Source of the DNA: a virus
Lineage: Duplodnaviria > Heunggongvirae > Uroviricota > Caudoviricetes
IMG/VR virus record: IMGVR_UViG_3300045988_006100
Location: 1-45,080 of that record
Strand: one strand, 5' to 3'
DNA: 45,080 nucleotides
Both the position numbers and the translations under genes were made by a program. The number at the start of each line of letters is the position of its first letter. Positions within the stretch are counted from its first letter, which is position 1. Below are positions 1 through 8,241 of this stretch, in pieces. A model generated the notes under the pieces. It was not told the DNA's origin, searched no databases, and saw nothing but the letters and a program-made list of their open reading frames with translations.

Positions 1-141
1 AACGCCTCCAGCTGAAACTCACCGTTAATCGACAGTTGCCCTCCTAACGTCTGTTTCTCCGACTCAAGCACCAGAATACGGCGCTCGAGAGATGCGATTG
101 TGATTTTAGGCATTGGTGTCACCTTTGTTCAGGTTGAAGCG
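1..141. repeat. terminal redundancy, left copy (identical to 44940..45080)
   Basis: 141 bp identical at both window ends; the repeat may extend beyond the window start. Confidence 0.9.
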
Positions 142-291
142 GTTAATCAGTTCACGGCGCGTCTCGTAAAGCGACTCGACCATTTGCTCGGCTACCGCGA
201 TTTTAGTATTCAGGACGCGCATCACGTGTCCGATGTCTACGCCGCTGTTAACGGCCTCAACCATCATCTTTTCATATTCGCGGTCAGTCAT
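106..291 (-). CDS. hypothetical protein (61 aa)
   Basis: ATG start with GGGGAGAG SD upstream; part of densely packed leftward operon. Confidence 0.4.
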   Translation of the reverse strand: MTDREYEKMMVEAVNSGVDIGHVMRVLNTKIAVAEQMVESLYETRRELINRFNLNKGDTNA

Positions 292-873
292 TCTTTACGC
301 TCTCCCCACATGCGATTGAGATACTTGTTCTTGTCCGGCCCCGGGAAACTGTTACGTTTCATCAGTTCTTCACGTGTCGGGAACGGGGTGTGACTGACTT
401 TACGGCCTACTCGTAACGGTTGGCTTACTTGACCTTGTTCACTCATTTCTTCTCTCCTGCATAAGCGGCTTTCAGTGTCTGCATCGCGGCGGCCCAGAAC
501 GCATCCGCCGGGATATTACCACTCAGGTTATTGACGGCGATGCGTGCCATCAGTTGTGCGTCTTCGAATGCATCGATATCTGTGATTTTCATTTCTCTCT
601 ACTCCGTTCTCGTTGTCGATGGAGTAAATATAATAGGGTCGGTGGTAATAGTCAACTAGTCATTATCGGAAATAGATAAAAAAATCCCGGCTGGGTCAGG
701 GCCGGGATAAAACTGGAGAGCAGAGGGATGGAACAGGAGGTGATTTAAGTATCGTCGGATTAGTCTTAGGTGTCAATTGGTAAAATAAAACCCGGATTCG
801 CGGTCCGGGTTTCGGGTGGTGCAAGCACAAGCAGCGTGGGAGTAAGTTTACTATACGTCCCAGTTTTCTTCCA

Positions 874-1359
874 TCATCTAACAGCCCTCCCAATTGCCTC
901 CGCCTCTTGCCACGGTTTACCGTCAAACAGCGCCAGACGACCTGCTGTACGGCGACGCAGGCCGAGTAGTGGTCTGCCGTTCTGGTTGATGAACAGTGTC
1001 AGCTTAGCCCGCAGCGTCTCGATGTCACCAGAACGCAGCGCCTTACCTGTGCCCGTGGTAGCGGCAATCACGCCAGCGCCTGCGTTGTAGACCAGGTCAC
1101 ACACAGCGTCGAACTGTGCCTGTGTCAGTGAATGGTGCGCTGCCGCATCAACCGCAGCTACGGCTTTAGCCATATCGCGATTAAGTAACAGGAGGCCTTG
1201 TCCTGGAGTGATGGTCTGCCCCGCCTTAACATGCGGGCCATAGCTTCCATACCCAATAGTCAGGTACTTCTCATTCGGTGTAGCGCGATACGCAGTTCCT
1301 CGGAATCCCTCGAACGCGGCGGTAAAATGCAATCCATTATCTGAAATATTTCGAGACAC
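874..1359 (-). CDS. endolysin, phage lysozyme (GH24-like)
   Basis: Motif EGFRGTAYRATPNEKYLTIGYGSYG typical of phage lysozymes; probable GTG start at 1359 with GGAGG 8 nt upstream (ORF open to 1410); follows two holin-like ORFs. Confidence 0.7.
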   Translation of the reverse strand: MSRNISDNGLHFTAAFEGFRGTAYRATPNEKYLTIGYGSYGPHVKAGQTITPGQGLLLLNRDMAKAVAAVDAAAHHSLTQAQFDAVCDLVYNAGAGVIAATTGTGKALRSGDIETLRAKLTLFINQNGRPLLGLRRRTAGRLALFDGKPWQEAEAIGRAVR

Positions 1360-1609
1360 GCTTATGTCCTCCGTATGACAGCCACACCTGGCGAATCTGA
1401 CGCAGCGCAACTAATGTGATTAACGTCTCAGGCAGCGTTGGTGACATGCTGCCCTGTAACAGGTGGATACATCCGGCAGCACAGACGATGGCAGTCAGGA
1501 TATAGAGCACCCGGCCAAATAATCCGTCATCCACGCTGGGGTGATATACATTAAACAGCGATGTGCCTCCGATTGCCAGCATACCGCCGGACCAGAATAA
1601 CTCATTCAT
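1337..1609 (-). CDS. holin/antiholin-like small membrane protein
   Basis: 90 aa with two hydrophobic helices; overlaps neighbours by a few nt; immediately upstream of lysozyme. Confidence 0.5.
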   Translation of the reverse strand: MNELFWSGGMLAIGGTSLFNVYHPSVDDGLFGRVLYILTAIVCAAGCIHLLQGSMSPTLPETLITLVALRQIRQVWLSYGGHKRVSKYFR

Positions 1610-1910
1610 CTGTGCCTCCTCGACGAGCGATGTATTCTCCAGAGACGATACCGGAGAGACGGGAATAGATGGGCATCCAGAGAATTGCGATGATGAATCC
1701 GAGGCCAGCTATCTCGCGCTCTCCGGTAATACCGAACCATTGAGCGGCAAGAGGCGCGCCGAATACAGCGCAAGTGAAGCCGGTTGCGATAAAGCAGAAT
1801 CCGTCGATGGGGCCAGAAATAACAGACTTATGTTGTCGTAGTCCGATTACCCCTCCGGCTAGCGCGGCAGCGAGAAGCCAGCCTGTCACTGTTTCAGTAA
1901 ATTTATCCAA
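1602..1910 (-). CDS. holin-like membrane protein
   Basis: 102 aa with multiple hydrophobic segments (GWLLAAALAGGVIGL, FIIAILWMPIY); first gene of holin-holin-lysozyme arrangement. Confidence 0.5.
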   Translation of the reverse strand: MDKFTETVTGWLLAAALAGGVIGLRQHKSVISGPIDGFCFIATGFTCAVFGAPLAAQWFGITGEREIAGLGFIIAILWMPIYSRLSGIVSGEYIARRGGTDE

Positions 1911-1985
1911 GATGAATCCTCCAGGTGCGTATTAAGTATGCAGTAACTGGAGGATAGCACGGTTAGGAATTATCTTAATAACGGT

Positions 1986-2279
1986 TTATTTATGACGCCA
2001 GATGTATTGTCGTCTCTGTGGTTTCGTCGGAATATCATCGTATCCCAGCGATTTCCAGTAATTAAATAACCGATTAGCGATTGCAGCGCGCTCCTGCGTT
2101 TTAAACTCACCGAGATTCACAGCCTTCCCGTTCTGGAATCCACAGGCGCGGATAGCTTTACGTCTGTCCTGAATCTCTGGGTACAGCACGTTACGGCGAC
2201 GCTTGTATATTCGTGTGTTCGCTCTCGGCGACAGCGGCGCAAGGCCGCTCCGTTTCAGGATGTCAGTTGCAAGGCTCAT
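1986..2279 (-). CDS. hypothetical basic protein, possible AP2-like DNA-binding domain
   Basis: 97 aa; segment RACGFQNGKAVNLGEFKTQERAAIAN resembles AP2-type DNA-binding fold (from memory); ATGA overlap with next gene. Confidence 0.4.
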   Translation of the reverse strand: MSLATDILKRSGLAPLSPRANTRIYKRRRNVLYPEIQDRRKAIRACGFQNGKAVNLGEFKTQERAAIANRLFNYWKSLGYDDIPTKPQRRQYIWRHK

Positions 2280-2455
2280 AGGTCCAGAATCTCGCGCGCT
2301 AATTCATCCGTCTTCCAGTCGCACGGACTGTTTACTACCTGCTTAGCAAGCTCGCGCAGTTTACGCGCCAGCTCCGCGTAGTCTTCGTATAGGACCCAGC
2401 GCCCTCCCGCGGCCTGAAACATATCGCCGTGGTCGTTTTCGTATCTATGCACCAT
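2276..2455 (-). CDS. hypothetical protein
   Basis: ORF 2276..2500; internal ATG at 2455 gives stop/start overlap with upstream gene. Confidence 0.35.
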   Translation of the reverse strand: MVHRYENDHGDMFQAAGGRWVLYEDYAELARKLRELAKQVVNSPCDWKTDELAREILDL

Positions 2456-2658
2456 CACTCCACCCCTCCCACATGTGTAACTGACCCACAGTTCGCGCAC
2501 TCGACGTAATCCGGGAACTGGTCCTTGTATTTCTGTAACTCGGCTTCAACTTCCAACAGCTTTAGGTCAAGATTCTGGTAGTCCTCAAACTTAACCCACT
2601 TCCCGTGGCGGTCAATGAAATGGTTGTCGGACCCATACTTAGAATATCTCTGTACCAT
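2455..2658 (-). CDS. hypothetical protein with C-terminal CxxC
   Basis: ATG at 2658 preceded by AGGAGA; TAATG-type junction with upstream gene; ORF open to 2730. Confidence 0.4.
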   Translation of the reverse strand: MVQRYSKYGSDNHFIDRHGKWVKFEDYQNLDLKLLEVEAELQKYKDQFPDYVECANCGSVTHVGGVE

Positions 2659-2659
2659 G

Positions 2660-2863
2660 TTATTTCTCCTGTTTACCAAGTCGCTTAGGTGAGCAGATAG
2701 CGCGTACCTCTGAATCGATGGGCTTGTCACCCTGAAACAGAAAGTGCGCGTTCTCAGCGGCGCGTGCCGCTGACTGGCACGCCTCCATCGAGTAAAACGT
2801 TTCTGATGCCGCTAGTTGCATCTGGCCCGCCGACAATACCCAGATAAATAAGATGCTGGTCAT
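2660..2863 (-). CDS. hypothetical small secreted/membrane protein
   Basis: 67 aa with N-terminal hydrophobic signal-like segment MTSILFIWVLSAGQ. Confidence 0.4.
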   Translation of the reverse strand: MTSILFIWVLSAGQMQLAASETFYSMEACQSAARAAENAHFLFQGDKPIDSEVRAICSPKRLGKQEK

Positions 2864-3294
2864 TTCAGTTTAGCCCCGCAATCAAGACACTTTTTAGTAA
2901 AACCCGGCGCAAAGCCTTTGCGCAAACCGACGGTATTAGCGTGTTGGCAATCGCTCAATTCCGATTCTTGCTTACCGCATTTAGCGCAAATGAAGTAGTC
3001 CCCTTTTTCATCTAGCACCCAATCATGCTCGCATTCCTGGGTATCCTCTTTACAGCAACCGGATTGCTCCTGTTTGCGGATAAGTTTGTACGCTTCCGCG
3101 TCACCCGTAGCCCGAACCAGCGCCAGATGCAAATCCTTAATCTGCGACGAAGCATCACGTAACTGGTTTTTAAGTGACTGCACCTCATGCGCCAGGTCTT
3201 CGCACTGCTGCTTGTGCGGGTGGCTATTTACGTGCTGCCGTAACTGGTCAATCAGGTACTCGAATACTTCGTTTTTGCTACTCACCATCCCCAT
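2860..3294 (-). CDS. hypothetical zinc-finger protein
   Basis: 144 aa; Cys clusters CEHDW...CAKCG...CLDCGAKLK; ATGA overlap with downstream gene. Confidence 0.5.
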   Translation of the reverse strand: MGMVSSKNEVFEYLIDQLRQHVNSHPHKQQCEDLAHEVQSLKNQLRDASSQIKDLHLALVRATGDAEAYKLIRKQEQSGCCKEDTQECEHDWVLDEKGDYFICAKCGKQESELSDCQHANTVGLRKGFAPGFTKKCLDCGAKLK

Positions 3295-3303
3295 CCCCTT
3301 CCT

Positions 3304-3363
3304 CGTCTATTAATTCAAATTTACCGTTTGAGTGTTGGATAGCTTCTTGCCCGCAATGGTCGC
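3304..3363. repeat. 60-bp perfect inverted repeat, copy 1 (partner 8381..8440)
   Basis: Exact reverse-complement identity to 8381..8440; here non-coding or a start-less gene fragment. Confidence 0.9.
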
Positions 3364-3388
3364 TTCGATTGTTGCGTTTGGTGAAATA

Positions 3389-3430
3389 GAACAAAAATGA
3401 GAAAAATGATACGCTGCTGTGTAGCAGCGT
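3389..3430 (-). terminator. putative rho-independent terminator
   Basis: Hairpin ACGCTGCT-GTGT-AGCAGCGT followed (on - strand) by a T-rich tract; downstream of gene 3465..3653. Confidence 0.5.
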
Positions 3431-3464
3431 AAGTCACAAAGCCAAATAGTAAACTATTGGCCTG

Positions 3465-3653
3465 TTACACCGGCGCCGGTGGCTCAGGTAAGGGCATCCA
3501 GTGGGAGATATCGCCGTGGTATAAACTCTTCGCTGGTCCCCAGTAGCCATCCGAATTAACACGCATAACCTCACAGCCAACAAAACAATCAGTTACAAGA
3601 ACGTATTCATAAGGCTCCGGCATCCGCTCACTACACTTAATCCACTCACCCAT
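3465..3653 (-). CDS. hypothetical protein
   Basis: 62-aa ORF in leftward block. Confidence 0.35.
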   Translation of the reverse strand: MGEWIKCSERMPEPYEYVLVTDCFVGCEVMRVNSDGYWGPAKSLYHGDISHWMPLPEPPAPV

Positions 3654-3796
3654 AAATCACCTCGTATTCATCACATACTGCACACCAGCTTTCCACGCCC
3701 GCCACGCAAGACGCGTCTTAACGTTCAGGTACTCTTTCTTTGAACCCTTGTTAACCGGCAGACCCTCGACGACGGCCCACCGTTCGAATGCTTCTC

Positions 3797-4003
3797 TCAT
3801 AGCTCTACTCCGTGGTGCTTTAGGAAACTATTTAACTTGTACTCCCGGTACTGCGCTACCGCCTTAGCGTGGGCCAAATTCCACGACTTCCATGGGGTGT
3901 ACTTCGCCTTTTCCCAACATTCAACGCCAAACTCGGCGGCGCGCAGCCCACCAACAAGACGGCGTAAGCGGAATTCATTATATGGACTCATATCAACCTC
4001 CAC
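3797..4003 (-). CDS. hypothetical protein
   Basis: 68-aa ORF in leftward block. Confidence 0.35.
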   Translation of the reverse strand: MEVDMSPYNEFRLRRLVGGLRAAEFGVECWEKAKYTPWKSWNLAHAKAVAQYREYKLNSFLKHHGVEL

Positions 4004-4073
4004 CCCACATAAACAGCGCTGACAATTAAAATATTATCCACGGCAACCTCCCTCAGAGTCGTCGGCACGAGCC

Positions 4074-4292
4074 TCATGATTCGATGCCGTTGTGAATGAT
4101 GCGGAAACAACATTGAAGAAAACTAACGGTTAAAGTCTCGCCCACAGTGTCCTCTAAATCCCATTCATCACCGTCTTCATCTAAAACGTATCGACGGCCG
4201 TCGTAATATACTCCTGACGAATATTTGTTACCTTTCACAAACCAATCCTGCACATCCTGGCGGGATTCAATACAAATTAATTCTTCCATCAC
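4074..4292 (-). CDS. hypothetical acidic protein
   Basis: 72-aa ORF, first gene of leftward block. Confidence 0.4.
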   Translation of the reverse strand: MMEELICIESRQDVQDWFVKGNKYSSGVYYDGRRYVLDEDGDEWDLEDTVGETLTVSFLQCCFRIIHNGIES

Positions 4293-4460
4293 TTCACCCC
4301 TTTGAATTTAAAATTGTTGCCGATGAGTTCTAAATTATCGCGTGAGGCGAACCCAGTTTTCTTTCTTACCAGACCCCATACGTCAACCAGATTATCCTCC
4401 GCGTTTAGTTTTAACCAACTGACCCTTCTTAAGCATAACCCTCACTCCTCTGTCTCGTTT

Positions 4461-4500
4461 CGATAAGTGAATAGTATCCTATTATGTTGGGGTGTGCAAG
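4461..4500. promoter_or_regulatory. conserved promoter/operator element (family member A), possibly bidirectional
   Basis: GTGAATAGT-N4-CTATTAT core followed by GGGGTGTGCAAG; reverse complement reads TTGCAC-N17-TACTAT; sits at the divergence point of the left and right arms. Confidence 0.45.
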
Positions 4501-4677
4501 AGAATAGTTACGTTGCCGTTGTGATTCTTTCGTTTCTTAAAAGAGTACGCAACGCAGTGGGTGGGCGTTAGCCCACCCCAGCGGAGTGAAGTACTCTCTA
4601 CCTTGCTCACGGCAACTATAGAAACTTTTAATTATCCGTGACTTGGATATTTAGGCGGGATTAACAATAGACTTTGA

Positions 4678-4808
4678 CCCTTCCGAAAGCGTCAGCGGAA
4701 CTACACTCAAGTGCCTAATGGCACGCGTTGCGTTCCCTGCCGCTCCGCGGTCGCTTGCGATATCTCACAAGCTCAGTGAAGCTTAGCATATTTTCAAGTA
4801 AAAGTCAA
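4678..4808 (+). repeat. conserved ~130-bp non-coding element, copy 1 (copy 2 at 37458..37587)
   Basis: About 80% identity to 37458..37587, with identical blocks CCCTTCCGAA, GCGTCAGCG, AACTACACTCA, CCGCGGTCGCTTG, TCACAAGCTCAG. Confidence 0.7.
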
Positions 4809-4913
4809 TACCAGTAGCATCTTTTGTATTTTAGTAACTTTGCGTGGTGTTTTGGTTGCTTTTACAAAGTTACCGCCTTATACTTCGATACATATTACAC
4901 AGGAGAGCGCGAG

Positions 4914-5084
4914 ATGACTATCAATGAAGTTGCAGAATTAATCGGCGTCACCCGCCAGACAATCAATAACTGGATTAAGAGTGGAAAGTTTCCTGATTGC
5001 AGCGTTAAAGTAATGGGGCGCCGTTTACCAGGAACATTTGACCGTAATAAAGTTGAAGCGTGGATTAAGGAGAACGTGAAATGA
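4914..5084 (+). CDS. AlpA/excisionase-like HTH DNA-binding protein
   Basis: ATG at 4914 with AGGAGA SD; segment INEVAELIGVTRQTINNWIKSGKFP is a typical HTH. Confidence 0.55.
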   Translation: MTINEVAELIGVTRQTINNWIKSGKFPDCSVKVMGRRLPGTFDRNKVEAWIKENVK

Positions 5085-5371
5085 AAGGTGTAATTTTCCA
5101 CGATAAAGAAAATGACAGTGCTTATATGGTCTATTTAGTGCAAGGTGAGTATGCGTTGTGTTTTAACGTTTCCTGTAAACTGGACTCATATTTGCCGTTT
5201 TGCGTTACAGAAGAATTGCAGTCGATTAGTCTAAGAAGACTCAGCACAATGTCGGCTTCCATCGATGTCTCCGACCACCTATCCTACGTTTATCAGTATT
5301 TCGGTGATGAGATTGTCGCAGATTATTATCGTAAGTACGCACATTTGATGGAATGTCTGGCTAAAAGATAA
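5081..5371 (+). CDS. hypothetical protein
   Basis: 96-aa ORF, ATGA overlap with upstream gene. Confidence 0.45.
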   Translation: MKGVIFHDKENDSAYMVYLVQGEYALCFNVSCKLDSYLPFCVTEELQSISLRRLSTMSASIDVSDHLSYVYQYFGDEIVADYYRKYAHLMECLAKR

Positions 5372-5429
5372 AAGAAAGCCCCGACGCGGTGAACGCCGAG
5401 GCCAAATTATTTGCTGAAGGAAATACAAC

Positions 5430-7697
5430 ATGTCCGATGTAATTTTATCCTACTCGTGGTCACGTCGCAACGCGCGGGCAGAGAAAAAGGATATAAACGT
5501 CAGAACCACACACACGGCAACACTGGATGACCTGAAAGAGTTAATCCAGCCGCTCGATGCTGTTCGTGACGGGATCAACCCGAAGACAGCGCCAGGCTAT
5601 ATTACTGCCGCGTGCGACTCTGCGCACAGCACTGTAAAAGACCCGGAAACCGGTGACTTTAAGCAAGCGCGTAAAGGCTTCTTCTATCGCTGTGACGCGT
5701 CTGTGAGCAAATCGTCGCTGGCGTATCTGGACTTCGACAGTGCAACACCGGAAGAGTACCAGGAAGCGGTGCGCCTGGTTAATCGCAGCCGCCGGGCGAT
5801 GTGTCTCTACACCACGGCATCACATACCGATGAGTCACCGCGCTTTCGCGTCGTCATGCCGCTGAGCCGCCCGGTTGAAGGCGGCGACATCATCCGTGTT
5901 CGTCATGGCTTGCTGGAGCACTTCTTCGAAGGCATGGGCGCTGACCGCAGCGGGTTCACTCTGTCGCAGCCGATGTACCTGCCGCCGGTCGGCGCTACCG
6001 TTATCTGGTCGCGCCGCAACGACCTGATCGACCCGAACGAGTTACTGGAAGGCATCCCAGCCGTTGACGTTAGCAGCGCATCGGATTACCAGATACCGGA
6101 AGAACTGCGCACCGCGTTTACAGACGCGTTTGAAGCACTGGCGTTTGAGTACGGCGGCGTCATGACGCCGCGCGGCCTTAAGATGCCAGCCACACCGGAA
6201 CATGCCGAAAACTACAGCGACCCGACACCGCGCCCGGACGACTTCCTGCTGTGCTTCCCGCGCGAGGGGTATGAAGCGCCAAACGTAACCATGATTCACG
6301 ACACAGACATTACGGCGACAGAAGGCCTGTCACCGAAAGAGGTGTGGAAGTACGCGTGCGATGCGACCGGGCTGCCGTTCAGTGAAGTCGCAGAGGCCAT
6401 CGGTTGGGGGGCGCGTGAATCTGTCTCATGCAGCCTCGACGACCTGGAAGACGACGAGGACTCAGAGGAGGACGAGTTACCGGAGCCGGTAAAGGCTGAT
6501 TTCGTCGTTGAGGGGTACATGCCGTCGGATTGTATCTGGGGTATCGTCGGAGAATCGGGCACGTACAAATCATTCTATACGCTGGGGATGATGTACCTGA
6601 GCGCCGCCGGATACCGGTTTGCAGGGGCTGACACCCAGCGTTGTCACCATTTCTATATCGACGGCGAGGGTGGGGCAGCCACACGTACACGTATTGATGC
6701 GCTCGCGGCTAAATACGGCGAGGAATGTAAAGATTATGTACATGTCATCGATATGGGCGAAGTCGGCAAACTTAAAAGCCTGATTAAGTTAATGCGCGAA
6801 ACTGCTGGCGACGAGCCAATTGGCATGGTTGCGTTCGACACCCTTAACCAGACCCTGGCACTGACGATTGATAAGTTCGACGAGAACAGTTCATCAACAG
6901 CAATCGGCATGGGTAAAGTTATCGCCATTCTGAAAGAAGTACGCGATGCAACTAAAGCCGCAGTAGGCGTTGTCCACCATACGCCGAAGGGTGGAAAGAA
7001 AGCACGCGGCAGTGGAGCGCTGTATGCGGGTGTTGACGTGGAACTGACAATCGAACGTGCAACCGACCGTCAGATAAACGTATATCACTCGAAATTCAAG
7101 CACGGGCCTCAGCAGAAGACGGTTGGCATGGTGCTGGAGTCGGTACAGTTCCGTGAAGCGCCGCCGCCTAAAGAATACCGAGCGGTTGAGTTCCTGGGTA
7201 GCACAGAGGAATACGGCACAATCGTAAACCTGGACCTGCCTGAACCACACAAGGCGCTTGTGTTGATGCCGTGGGGTTTCGAGCCGTTCAAAACTGACGA
7301 GGAGAAAGAGCGGGAAGAAGGGTTGACGAAAGAAGGTAAAGAAAATGTACGTAAAACCGTAGAGAACGCCGTCAACAGTTCGGAGGCCACGATACTCGCG
7401 GCGTTTGAACTGGCGGAAGGAACCTACAACGGCAACGAAGGCATCACAGTCGCCGCGGCGAATAAGCTCGCACAGTCAGACCCCAACGCAAAGGCGTTTA
7501 ACTCCAAAGAAGCCATAGAACGCGGGAAGATTAAGAAAATGGTTGAGGCCGGGTATCTTGTTCCGGGTACTGACGAAAACAATCAGATAATCCCAGGTCG
7601 TTACAGGCTGAACACCAGAATAACTGATAACAAGATTCCAAAGACAATATACGAACCGAATGAAATGTTGACAGTGACAGAGGAGGATTTGGAATGA
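5430..7697 (+). CDS. putative primase-helicase (AEP-like N-terminal domain plus RecA/DnaB-like ATPase)
   Basis: 755 aa; N-terminal YLDFDS...ASH...RFRVV pattern (primase-like); C-terminal Walker A GESGTYKS, Walker B VAFDTL, VVHHTPKGG. Confidence 0.6.
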   Translation: MSDVILSYSWSRRNARAEKKDINVRTTHTATLDDLKELIQPLDAVRDGINPKTAPGYITAACDSAHSTVKDPETGDFKQARKGFFYRCDASVSKSSLAYLDFDSATPEEYQEAVRLVNRSRRAMCLYTTASHTDESPRFRVVMPLSRPVEGGDIIRVRHGLLEHFFEGMGADRSGFTLSQPMYLPPVGATVIWSRRNDLIDPNELLEGIPAVDVSSASDYQIPEELRTAFTDAFEALAFEYGGVMTPRGLKMPATPEHAENYSDPTPRPDDFLLCFPREGYEAPNVTMIHDTDITATEGLSPKEVWKYACDATGLPFSEVAEAIGWGARESVSCSLDDLEDDEDSEEDELPEPVKADFVVEGYMPSDCIWGIVGESGTYKSFYTLGMMYLSAAGYRFAGADTQRCHHFYIDGEGGAATRTRIDALAAKYGEECKDYVHVIDMGEVGKLKSLIKLMRETAGDEPIGMVAFDTLNQTLALTIDKFDENSSSTAIGMGKVIAILKEVRDATKAAVGVVHHTPKGGKKARGSGALYAGVDVELTIERATDRQINVYHSKFKHGPQQKTVGMVLESVQFREAPPPKEYRAVEFLGSTEEYGTIVNLDLPEPHKALVLMPWGFEPFKTDEEKEREEGLTKEGKENVRKTVENAVNSSEATILAAFELAEGTYNGNEGITVAAANKLAQSDPNAKAFNSKEAIERGKIKKMVEAGYLVPGTDENNQIIPGRYRLNTRITDNKIPKTIYEPNEMLTVTEEDLE

Positions 7698-7891
7698 GCG
7701 GTAAATTTAAAGAAGTAAGCGACGAACTGAAAGGTAATAAATACACCAACCACAGAGGCGAAGTAGTAGAAGTTCTTAACGTAGTTCCTTATGGGCGCGG
7801 GTATCATGTTGTGTTCAGTTACACAGAGGCTTACAGCGTGTACTGCGGGTTAGGTAAGTTTCGCAAAAGATACCCGATAAAGGTGCAATAA
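7694..7891 (+). CDS. hypothetical protein
   Basis: 65 aa; ATGA overlap and GAGGAGG SD embedded in upstream gene end. Confidence 0.45.
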   Translation: MSGKFKEVSDELKGNKYTNHRGEVVEVLNVVPYGRGYHVVFSYTEAYSVYCGLGKFRKRYPIKVQ

Positions 7892-7916
7892 AAAGAAAGG
7901 GGCGTCAAGCCCCTTC
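7885..7916 (-). terminator. putative rho-independent terminator
   Basis: Hairpin GGGGC-GTCAA-GCCCC with T-rich tail on - strand; between convergent genes 7694..7891 and 7905..8120. Confidence 0.5.
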
Positions 7917-8120
7917 ACCGAACGCCAGCCACTTAGCGTCTACTTCCAGCACTTCCGCCAGTTTAAACAACGTTGCCGGGCGGACGTCCTGAGTTACACC
8001 GAGAGCCAGCTGGTTAATTGCGCCCTGGGAGACACCGGCCAGGACAGCCAGACGGCGCTGGGAGATGCCGAGTTCTTTACGGCGTTGCTCTACACGGATG
8101 CCTAGTTCGGATGGTTGCAT
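7905..8120 (-). CDS. XRE-family (Cro/CI-type) HTH transcriptional regulator
   Basis: 71 aa; ELGISQRRLAVLAGVSQGAINQL is a classic HTH_XRE segment; AAGGAG SD; sole leftward gene inside the rightward block. Confidence 0.7.
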   Translation of the reverse strand: MQPSELGIRVEQRRKELGISQRRLAVLAGVSQGAINQLALGVTQDVRPATLFKLAEVLEVDAKWLAFGEGA

Positions 8121-8140
8121 GTCAATTACTCCTTAGTCAG

Positions 8141-8170
8141 TTGATGTGTGAATAGTACCATATTAATTAT
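8141..8170. promoter_or_regulatory. operator/promoter-like element (family member G) upstream of XRE gene
   Basis: GTGAATAGTACCATATTA core; lies between XRE start and rightward promoter D. Confidence 0.4.
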
Positions 8171-8184
8171 TTTAGAAAAGCCCA

Positions 8185-8213
8185 TTGACAAGTGAATAGT
8201 TCGCTATTATAGT
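8185..8213 (+). promoter_or_regulatory. sigma70-like promoter (family member D)
   Basis: TTGACA-17 nt-TATAGT with internal GAATAG/CTATT inverted repeat; 29 nt upstream of gene 8242. Confidence 0.6.
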
Positions 8214-8241
8214 TAGCCCATACCAAACGAGAGGTGAAGAT

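Noticed and set aside
100-393. 97-aa + strand ORF at the left end
   Set aside because: Antisense to the densely packed leftward genes, no convincing RBS, partly inside the terminal repeat; most likely a shadow ORF.
4300-4913. Possible tRNA or integrase attachment site in the large intergenic region
   Set aside because: No cloverleaf, no GTTCRANYC T-loop, and no integrase or recombinase gene anywhere in the window; the region is better explained by promoter and repeat elements.
6042-6690. Several 85-103-aa - strand ORFs inside the primase-helicase gene
   Set aside because: Arg/Pro/Ser-rich shadow frames inside a gene with clear Walker motifs on the + strand.
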